From: a virus
Strand: one strand, 5' to 3'
DNA: 64,000 nucleotides
IMG/VR virus record: IMGVR_UViG_3300030328_004798
Span: 5,543 to 69,542 of that record
The first letter of the stretch is position 1. Every line of letters begins with the position of its first letter. The notes under the pieces were generated by a model. It saw only the letters and a program-made list of their open reading frames with translations, had not been told where the DNA came from and searched no databases. Both the position numbers and the translations under genes were made by a program. This document shows, one piece after another, positions 57,482 through 64,000 of this stretch.

Positions 57482-57797
57482 ACATTGTGCTTGGTGTGGG
57501 AAGCCTACTAGTAGACCTAGTCAAGCTGTTACAGACACTCCAATATTGGATTTCATGGAGGAGAAGATAGACATGTTTGGTAGGAATAAGATATGGGGGG
57601 ATAATGGTGATTGGAGTAGGGCTAATTTGGATCCAGAATTCGAAGCTGAATTATTAGTATACGATAATTTACTTTGTAGTGTATCTAAGAAGATAGTATG
57701 CGATGATTGTATAGAAGAGGATAATAAATTATTCAAAAAATATTATAGCGGAGATGAGGATACTGATAGTGAAATAGTATTCGACGCTGATTTTTAA
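57462..57797 (+). CDS. Cys-containing hypothetical protein
   Basis: CAWC...CDDC. Confidence 0.65.
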   Translation: MAKKKIKHCAWCGKPTSRPSQAVTDTPILDFMEEKIDMFGRNKIWGDNGDWSRANLDPEFEAELLVYDNLLCSVSKKIVCDDCIEEDNKLFKKYYSGDEDTDSEIVFDADF

Positions 57798-57818
57798 ATT
57801 TAATAAATAATAAAAGTT

Positions 57819-57944
57819 ATGAGTAACAATAGTCACAAAGCGTTATACGAGCAATTGATGCAATGGCTTCCTACGTTGGGTATTCAACGTAAGAAACGTG
57901 TTAAAACGCAAGCTAAAGCGCGTGTTAGAAAGCCAAATAGATAA
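57819..57944 (+). CDS. Small basic protein (41 aa, not in track)
   Basis: AAAAGTTATG start; MSNNSHKALYEQLMQWLPTLG...RKKRVK. Confidence 0.6.
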   Translation: MSNNSHKALYEQLMQWLPTLGIQRKKRVKTQAKARVRKPNR

Positions 57945-58237
57945 AATCACAACGTGTATCTAACTATATATAAAGTGTGACCTACAAATATGTTTAGCTA
58001 CTGATATTGGTAGTTTAGTATATAGTAGGTGACCAAAAATATATGTGGTATGTGGAATGAGAGCGGAGCTGTACTAACCTTTATGCGGCGCAAGCCAACC
58101 AATTTCGACTCGACGAGTATATACTTGTGAACAACGCAATGAACACACGTGAACATTCAGATAACATTGAGGATAACGCAATAATACATTAAATACGTTG
58201 TGAATACAACAATATTAATGCAATAATTGCTAATACA

Positions 58238-58269
58238 TTTGGCTACATAGGCTAATATTCGTATATTTA
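58238..58269 (+). promoter_or_regulatory. TTTGG-N15-TTCGTATATTTA promoter facing non-coding DNA
   Basis: Exact motif; no convincing ORF until 58564. Confidence 0.75.
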
Positions 58270-58271
58270 AG

Positions 58272-58560
58272 TGACGCAATAGGCGGTATGGGTAGGAGAC
58301 TACGACGGTAGTAATTACTCAGTTGATGATGGGTACCGCTATACTTATTACTTATACTTTCCCGCCGCGGTACTTACTACCTTATCATTACATACTGGAT
58401 TATATATTATAGTTATGGCCATGCCATATACCGTACGCGTACATACCCCCATAATACCACGCGCGTTGGTGTCCATATAGCGTGTATATATGAGGGAAAA
58501 GGTGTAGATATATTTATAACTCGAACACGATCTTACACCACCGATTGTATATACTTATAT
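58272..58560 (+). ncRNA. Putative structured non-coding RNA or long leader
   Basis: GC-enriched, several nested complementary segments, downstream of promoter; family not recognised. Confidence 0.4.
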
Positions 58561-58563
58561 TTT

Positions 58564-58674
58564 ATGAAACAGATTATTAGAATACTTAAATTAATAGACA
58601 AGTGGTTGATGGATGAATTATATAAACTTTATCCTAGTCTTATCGCTCATATGAAAAAAGATGAAGACCATTAA
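58564..58674 (+). CDS. Small peptide (36 aa, not in track)
   Basis: MKQIIRILKLIDKWLMDELY...; directly followed by terminator. Confidence 0.45.
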   Translation: MKQIIRILKLIDKWLMDELYKLYPSLIAHMKKDEDH

Positions 58675-58678
58675 GATT

Positions 58679-58702
58679 AGGCCCCCAAAAGGGGGCCTTT
58701 TT
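58679..58702 (+). terminator. Rho-independent terminator
   Basis: AGGCCCCC-AAAA-GGGGGCCT plus TTTT. Confidence 0.9.
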
Positions 58703-58791
58703 CCATTTTGGCCCAAATGATAGAAAATCATAAAATGGCAACTGCTTTCTTTCGAAAACTTCTTGGACCCGAGGAAAATATATACTTATAT

Positions 58792-59199
58792 TTAATATCT
58801 ATTTAGAAAATTGGGATCTTGAACCAATGATTTAAATTGACTTTTTATAGTTTGTATCTCCGAAAAGGCTTTGTTAAAATTCTTCTCCGTCGCACTAACA
58901 TCATTATTTAGAGTTTTCTGAATACTTATAATATCATCACCCATAACACCTATCCTCTTCTTAATTTTGGTTAAATTTTCATAAGAATCCTTTTTCATAA
59001 TCTCTTTCACCGAATGCATATGCCCTGTCATATCTTCCAGCTTCTCTTGCATTTCAGCATATCTTATAGAAGAGATATTTGTGGAATGTTGATTCGACTC
59101 CAGTAACGACGTATGTGAAGACTTTACATGACGTAATAATATTACCCCATAAACAACACCTACTGTTAAAATACCACTAATAAAATAAATTAATTCCAT
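58792..59199 (-). CDS. Single-TM coiled-coil protein
   Basis: N-terminal TM; lies just downstream of tRNA-Met on the minus strand. Confidence 0.75.
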   Translation of the reverse strand: MELIYFISGILTVGVVYGVILLRHVKSSHTSLLESNQHSTNISSIRYAEMQEKLEDMTGHMHSVKEIMKKDSYENLTKIKKRIGVMGDDIISIQKTLNNDVSATEKNFNKAFSEIQTIKSQFKSLVQDPNFLNRY

Positions 59200-59213
59200 A
59201 TATCAATATTTAG

Positions 59214-59286
59214 TTGCGGGAGAAGGATTCGAACCTCCGACCTTTGGGTTATGAGCCCAACGAGATAACCACTTCTCCACCCCGCT
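59214..59286 (-). tRNA. tRNA-Met (CAT), initiator (fMet) type
   Basis: AGCGGGGTGGAGAAGTGGTTATCTCGTTGGGCTCATAACCCAAAGGTCGGAGGTTCGAATCCTTCTCCCGCAA: 1:72 mismatch, A11:U24, three G-C pairs closing the anticodon stem. Confidence 0.92.
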
Positions 59287-59290
59287 AACC

Positions 59291-59322
59291 ACAATATACG
59301 AAAATATATCGTTTATTCCACG
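59291..59322 (-). promoter_or_regulatory. GTGG-N15-TTCGTATATTG promoter for tRNA-fMet
   Basis: Reverse complement reads CGTGG-AATAAACGATATATT-TTCGTATATTGT directly before the tRNA. Confidence 0.7.
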
Positions 59323-59434
59323 TAATTTTTTAAAACATCTTATATTAGTTAATATATACGTATTTATAGATGTGGAATTGTAGAGGAGAAAGAGTCGTTT
59401 TGAAATTCTTTTATATGTATAATAAACAGCAATT

Positions 59435-59788
59435 ATGGCAACTTATACATCGGATCAATTATATGGAGCAGGAGTAGCAACAGAAGAAATTTCTGGAGCA
59501 ACAACATTTCTTTTTGGGAACTCTTCAACTGGTTCTGTTTACTTTACAATGGAACAAGTTAAAAATGTAAATGGTAATTATTCGGGAAGTACAACTACAA
59601 ATGCAATAGGTACTTTTAGTGCATTTAGTGGAATTGATGATGCAACTTTAGTCACTTCTTCTTATATGTGGTCAGTTGTTTTACAACCTAATACAATAGC
59701 AACTCTCCAATTCGCCCCTTCATCTACAATAGCAGCAGGTTCTTCTATGTTAAGAGGTACGGGTGATTTAGAATTAACTATATCTTAA
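59435..59788 (+). CDS. Ser/Thr/Gly-rich putative virion protein
   Basis: Composition; ATATGTATAA at 59413. Confidence 0.55.
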   Translation: MATYTSDQLYGAGVATEEISGATTFLFGNSSTGSVYFTMEQVKNVNGNYSGSTTTNAIGTFSAFSGIDDATLVTSSYMWSVVLQPNTIATLQFAPSSTIAAGSSMLRGTGDLELTIS

Positions 59789-59792
59789 TATA

Positions 59793-59933
59793 ATGCCTAA
59801 GAAAAGAAAATTAAATAGTACAAATCCAAAATATTGGTCAGAAGATAAAAAAATTGAGCCTGAAGTTTTAGAAAGACGAGTTATATCTAAAAAAAATTCT
59901 AAGGTTTCGGTATATGCTGTATTTGTTGCATAA
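59793..59933 (+). CDS. Small basic protein (46 aa, not in track)
   Basis: MPKKRKLNSTNPKYW... Confidence 0.55.
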   Translation: MPKKRKLNSTNPKYWSEDKKIEPEVLERRVISKKNSKVSVYAVFVA

Positions 59934-60023
59934 AAACTTCTTACTTTCCCCGCGCACTTATTTGGCTCCCCAGGATATCTTTCGTATATTTACGGTATAT
60001 TAATAATTAAAAATAAAGGTTAT

Positions 60024-60314
60024 ATGTCAAATTTAAAAGAGGTGTTAGAATTCATCAAAAATTCAGATTTACAAGAGTTTAATAAAATTAAAAATGCAGT
60101 TTCTATTAGAAAATCAGAACTTGCATATGATGCTAAATCATCATTTAGAGTAGGTGATATTGTAGGTATAGATCATAAGAAAATTGATCCTAAACAAAAT
60201 TTTAGAATTACCAAAATTAATAATAAGAATATTAAAGTTCAAGCTAGTGATGTTGGTGATGGTAGAGTTGGAGGAATGTATACAGTTTCACCAAGTTTAT
60301 TAGTAAAAAAATAA
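60024..60314 (+). CDS. Hypothetical protein (SH3/KOW-like)
   Basis: FRVGDIV, ITKINNKNIKV, YTVSPSLL. Confidence 0.7.
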   Translation: MSNLKEVLEFIKNSDLQEFNKIKNAVSIRKSELAYDAKSSFRVGDIVGIDHKKIDPKQNFRITKINNKNIKVQASDVGDGRVGGMYTVSPSLLVKK

Positions 60315-60319
60315 AAGTT

Positions 60320-60430
60320 ATGAGAAAGTTTTTAAAAAAGTATGAGCAAAAAATAGATATGATAACAGGGTTTTTATTTGTTGCATTAGTATTTTATTTA
60401 TTTTGGTTTTCACTTTGGATATTTTACTAA
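60320..60430 (+). CDS. Small membrane peptide (36 aa, not in track)
   Basis: AAAAGTTATG start; one TM. Confidence 0.55.
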   Translation: MRKFLKKYEQKIDMITGFLFVALVFYLFWFSLWIFY

Positions 60431-60514
60431 AAGTAATGCACAGGAAGCTTGGCTCCCCAGGCTTTCTTTCGTATATTTACCCCATATTAATAATTAAAAA
60501 ATAAAATAAAAGTT

Positions 60515-61399
60515 ATGTTAGATTTAAGTAAAAGTCAAGAATTGACAAAAGATGAGTTAAGAGATATCGCTCCAAGTATATTCTCAACTATGCCTTCTCC
60601 TGAAGTATCAAAGAAATATTCACATATCCCAACATATAAGTTGATTGATGATATGAAATTATTAGGTTGGAAAGCCATTGATGCTAAAGAAGTTAAAGCT
60701 AGACAAAAAAGTACTGTAGGTTTCCAAAAGCACCTTGTAGTATTTAGAAATCCAGATATTGTAATTAACCAAATGCCGAATAATATTAGAGAGTCAATTA
60801 CATCTCCTACAGGTTATAGAAGAACTGATGGTACATTCGCAAAGAAAAATCCAATTGATACTGTTTTTCCACAAATATTATTAACTAATTCACATGATGG
60901 TAAAAATGCATTTACATTTACCGCAGGATTATTTAGAATGATTTGTGAAAATGGATTAGTTATTTCAACTAATGAATTTGAAAAAGTTTCAATCAGACAT
61001 ATGGGTTATGATTTTGATGAATTACAAAAACAAATTCAAGAAATGACAGAAAGATTACCATTAACAGTAGAATCAATGAATAATATGATTAGTACTAAAA
61101 TGGAACAAGAATCAATTGTAAAATTTGCTAAAGATATGTTAGCAGTTAGGTTCCCAGAAGATGAGCTTAAAAGAATTACTATTGATATGGATGAATTTAT
61201 TACTCCAGTTAGACCAGAAGATAAAGGTGAGGATTTATGGAGTGTATTTAATGTAATCCAAGAAAAAATCATTGAAGGTGATTTTGATTATACAATTGGT
61301 ACTAAACATAGAAAAGCTAGACAGATTAAAAACTTTAAACAAGATATGGATTTGAATAGTAAAATGTTTGATGTTGCACTTAATTATGTAAACGCATAA
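60515..61399 (+). CDS. DUF932/DUF945-like protein
   Basis: APSIF, SKKYSHIPT, QKHLVVFR, LTNSHDG, GLFRMICENGLV, LWSVFNVIQE. Confidence 0.8.
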   Translation: MLDLSKSQELTKDELRDIAPSIFSTMPSPEVSKKYSHIPTYKLIDDMKLLGWKAIDAKEVKARQKSTVGFQKHLVVFRNPDIVINQMPNNIRESITSPTGYRRTDGTFAKKNPIDTVFPQILLTNSHDGKNAFTFTAGLFRMICENGLVISTNEFEKVSIRHMGYDFDELQKQIQEMTERLPLTVESMNNMISTKMEQESIVKFAKDMLAVRFPEDELKRITIDMDEFITPVRPEDKGEDLWSVFNVIQEKIIEGDFDYTIGTKHRKARQIKNFKQDMDLNSKMFDVALNYVNA

Positions 61400-62019
61400 T
61401 GAAAAGAGTATTATTAATATTAGGAATAAGTTTTCTCCTTGCTAGTTGTACTAGTGAGGAGGAACTCATCCCTTATCCTTGTTTAGATGGGGATTGTAAT
61501 ACTTTTTTTGAAATTGATCCTTTAGTATCTCCGGGTGTTTATCAAGATGAAAATGGATACTTCCATATTGAACATCAGGGATATAATTACTTTACTATAC
61601 AAGGTCAATTAGATGAACTTCATCCTGATTATGTTGTAAATGGAATACCTTTAGTAGAAAATATTTATGATTCTAATTATTGGGTTTGGATTGATAGTAT
61701 AACATTTACTGTACCTTTATATAGTGTATTAGGATTTTTTACTAGTGGTGATTGGCAAAACCCAATCCCAATTGGTAATTTAACTTATACTATTACTGAT
61801 ATGGCTCAAAATTTCCCACCATTAAATATAGCTGGTTATTCGTTTAATCCTCATTCAGAAAATAATGTTGTAGGTACTTTTAGTAAATATAATTATAACC
61901 CAAGACAACAAATATTTTTTGATAATCAAATGGTTGGAGACACAGCTAAGGTATTAATAAAAACAGTTTACCCCTTAGATATTGAAATTGAAAAAGAAAT
62001 AAATATAATATTTGAATAA
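61399..62019 (+). CDS. Lipoprotein
   Basis: Lipobox LLASC after hydrophobic signal. Confidence 0.75.
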   Translation: MKRVLLILGISFLLASCTSEEELIPYPCLDGDCNTFFEIDPLVSPGVYQDENGYFHIEHQGYNYFTIQGQLDELHPDYVVNGIPLVENIYDSNYWVWIDSITFTVPLYSVLGFFTSGDWQNPIPIGNLTYTITDMAQNFPPLNIAGYSFNPHSENNVVGTFSKYNYNPRQQIFFDNQMVGDTAKVLIKTVYPLDIEIEKEINIIFE

Positions 62020-62020
62020 A

Positions 62021-62212
62021 ATGGAATTAAAAGAAAAAGAAAAATTAAGAATTGAATTAATTAACGATGTTATCGCAACAACTACAGTAATTGATGAATT
62101 ATGGAATTATCACCCAGATAATCCAAATAAAAAAGATGTTGTAAAAGAATATGAGGTTCTTCTTAGAATTAAAAAAGATATCGAAGAAGAATTAGCAGAT
62201 TTAGATAAGTAG
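62021..62212 (+). CDS. Hypothetical protein
   Basis: MELKEK...LWNYHPDNP. Confidence 0.7.
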   Translation: MELKEKEKLRIELINDVIATTTVIDELWNYHPDNPNKKDVVKEYEVLLRIKKDIEEELADLDK

Positions 62213-62237
62213 CACATATTTATCATAAAATACAATT

Positions 62238-62582
62238 GTGTACATATATAATGCCAAATTAGGAAGAGTAGTTGATGGAGACACTGTTGATGCAACAGTA
62301 GATCTAGGATTTGATACTTGGAAAAAAGTTAGAATAAGATTGGTTGGCATTAATACCCCAGAATCTCGTACTAGAGATTTAGAAGAAAAAGCTAGAGGAT
62401 TAGCAGCTAAACAATTTGTTGTTGATATTTTCAAAAAACATAAAAATAATTTTATCTTACACTCACAAGGAGTAGGTAAATTTGGAAGGTGTTTAGGTGA
62501 GATATTTTTTGGAGATGTAAAATTAAATGATTTGTTAATAACAGAAGGACATGCTGTAAAATATCATGGAGGTAAAAGATGA
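62238..62582 (+). CDS. Thermonuclease (SNase-like)
   Basis: RVVDGDT, RIRLVGINTPE, GKFGRCL. Confidence 0.9.
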   Translation: MYIYNAKLGRVVDGDTVDATVDLGFDTWKKVRIRLVGINTPESRTRDLEEKARGLAAKQFVVDIFKKHKNNFILHSQGVGKFGRCLGEIFFGDVKLNDLLITEGHAVKYHGGKR

Positions 62583-63007
62583 TAGACAAAAATAAAATAT
62601 TTAACTTATTTAATTCAACTCCTGAGGTTCAAACTAAAGAGAAAAAAGTAGCTACTATTGAAGATTTTATAGGTAGCCCTTATGCTAAAATAGGTATGTT
62701 TGCAAAATTGGTATTAAACCACCATGTGTTTCATGAAAAATTAAAAAAATTTCTTCAAACAGAAGAACCTACTTATAGTATAGAAAATACAAGAGAAGCT
62801 GCTGATTATACTGTTTATAATAGAGCTTGGGAATTTATTAAACAAGTAGATTTAGAAAATCAAGATCATTTTAACGCTCTTATTGAATTTAATCCTATGA
62901 TGTTTAATAAAGCATTAAAAAGCGCAATAAGTTATTTTGAAATGCATGAACAATATGAAAAATGTGCACATCTTCATAACATTCAACAAATAGTAAAAGA
63001 AATTTAA
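62579..63007 (+). CDS. Hypothetical protein with UVR-like C-terminal helix
   Basis: FEMHEQYEKCAHL. Confidence 0.7.
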   Translation: MIDKNKIFNLFNSTPEVQTKEKKVATIEDFIGSPYAKIGMFAKLVLNHHVFHEKLKKFLQTEEPTYSIENTREAADYTVYNRAWEFIKQVDLENQDHFNALIEFNPMMFNKALKSAISYFEMHEQYEKCAHLHNIQQIVKEI

Positions 63008-63132
63008 AAATCCCGTGCCATCCCCCTCCTTTTCCCGTATATTTATAATACGGGTTGGTTAGATAGGGAGAGAGAAAAAGGATGATAAAGGGGGGTAGGA
63101 AAAACATTATTAACGTTATATAAAAACAAGTC

Positions 63133-63333
63133 ATGAAAAACAGAAATTTAATTTACAAAAAATTAGAATCATTAGAGTTTACACTAAATAATCTTAGAAG
63201 AATAGTAAACACTCAGGAACCAATTGAAACTTATAAAGTTAACATTGAAAAATCCCTTGGTTTACTTGAAAACATAAAAGATATAGTAGAATCTCAACCA
63301 TTAGACCCATCAGAAATAAACCCAATTAGATAA
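63133..63333 (+). CDS. Hypothetical protein
   Basis: 66-aa ORF downstream of promoter variant at 63015-63045. Confidence 0.65.
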   Translation: MKNRNLIYKKLESLEFTLNNLRRIVNTQEPIETYKVNIEKSLGLLENIKDIVESQPLDPSEINPIR

Positions 63334-63340
63334 ATTCCCA

Positions 63341-63655
63341 ATGGGGAGACTCAACAATCTTATTAACGCATTTGGTAATCTTGATAAAATTTATGAAGGA
63401 ATCAAAAATAAAGTTTTTGTTAAAGAAGATGTTGAGCAAATCGCTAATATTAGATGGAATATTTGCACTAATTGTGATTTTTTTGATACTAAAGGTACTC
63501 ATTGTGCTGTACCCGGAACTCAACCTTGTTGTGCTGACTGCGGTTGTATTTTGAAATTAAAAGTAAGATCATTATCAGCACATTGTCCTAAAAATAAATG
63601 GGCAGCTTTTATGTCAAAAGATATGGAAGAAGAATTAAAAAATAATATAAAATAA
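63341..63655 (+). CDS. Cys-rich hypothetical protein
   Basis: RWNICTNC...CCADCGC...CPKNKW. Confidence 0.75.
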   Translation: MGRLNNLINAFGNLDKIYEGIKNKVFVKEDVEQIANIRWNICTNCDFFDTKGTHCAVPGTQPCCADCGCILKLKVRSLSAHCPKNKWAAFMSKDMEEELKNNIK

Positions 63656-63660
63656 AAGTT

Positions 63661-64000
63661 ATGAAATTATCAGCAGAACAAATTCAGAGTAATTGGAAAG
63701 TGTTTTTACACAATATAGAAACACACATATCAGATAAAAAAGATAGAAAACAGAAGTTACTAAATTTCTATAAAAAATATGAGGAGAGAATTATATTAAT
63801 GCCCGCTGCCCATAAAAAAGAATACCACAACGCATTCCCAGGGGGTTATGTTGACCATGTAAATAGAGTTGTTCAAGCATCTATAGCTTTAAATGAATTA
63901 TGGACTACATTTGGGGCAGATATGACTACATATACTAAAGAAGAACTAATATTCTCAGCAATTAATCATGACTTAGGTAAAATGGGTGATTCGAATCATG
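63661..64000 (+). CDS. HD-domain phosphohydrolase (3'-truncated by window edge)
   Basis: PAAHKKEYHNAFPGGYVDHV...NHDLGK. Confidence 0.85.
   Translation, partial: MKLSAEQIQSNWKVFLHNIETHISDKKDRKQKLLNFYKKYEERIILMPAAHKKEYHNAFPGGYVDHVNRVVQASIALNELWTTFGADMTTYTKEELIFSAINHDLGKMGDSNH

Larger units (their letters stand above)
59961..60517 (+). repeat. Two near-identical promoter/leader modules (~59961-60026 and ~60449-60517)
   Basis: TTGGCTCCCCAGG..TCTTTCGTATATTTAC...ATATTAATAATTAAAAA...GTTAT shared. Confidence 0.8.

Noticed and set aside
57945-58560. CRISPR array or mini-array
   Set aside because: Repeats are only 6-8 nt and irregularly spaced; no 25-45 nt direct repeats with spacers.
198-63554. Other 60-95 aa antisense and alternate-frame ORFs in the track (e.g. 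198-386, 5277-5546, 23854-24141, 28153-28335, 61036-61272)
   Set aside because: They lie within well-supported + strand genes, show no motifs and no clear codon-level sign of dual coding.
1-64000. Stop-codon reassignment (alternative genetic code)
   Set aside because: Conserved genes are full length in the standard code, and TAG ends nrdA exactly at its expected CxxCxG terminus as well as queE and folE.
1-64000. Bacterial chromosome with an O-antigen locus
   Set aside because: PolB, T4-type clamp/loader, ATP-dependent ligase, single-strand gene packing and many micro-ORFs indicate a phage; no wzx/wzy or typical cellular housekeeping context.

Overview
This 64-kb, very AT-rich window has almost all genes on the + strand and looks like part of a large dsDNA (T4-like/jumbo-type) bacteriophage genome rather than a cellular chromosome. 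The evidence is a phage-type replisome: DnaB-like helicase, family-B polymerase, sliding clamp, clamp loader, ATP-dependent ligase and class I ribonucleotide reductase. The host is most likely Bacteroidota/Flavobacteria, inferred from a T9SS C-terminal sorting domain, TTGG-N15-TTCGTATATTTA promoters resembling the -33/-7 consensus, and no obvious Shine-Dalgarno motifs. Main blocks in order: helicase/nrdB/nrdA; a secreted Cys-repeat T9SS-cargo operon; a candidate lysis cassette; a 7-deazaguanine cluster (DpdA/TGT-like, queC, queD, queE, folE) running directly into a Gpt-like phosphoribosyltransferase, a MazG-like NTP pyrophosphatase and a naturally split DNA polymerase; clamp, hsp20, groES/groEL and clamp loader; an ~18-kb nucleotide-sugar/glycosyltransferase island; and a long region of small accessory genes with an OM beta-barrel, ligase, a structured non-coding island (~57.9-58.6 kb) and an initiator tRNA. 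The best candidate for a new system is a possible nucleotide-pool (pre-replicative) route to a deazaguanine-substituted genome. Other leads are the phage-encoded T9SS cargo, an overprinted ORF inside the MazG-like gene, an inverted repeat bracketing hsp20, and a promoter-driven putative ncRNA. All product calls come from reading motifs by eye; no database searches were run.
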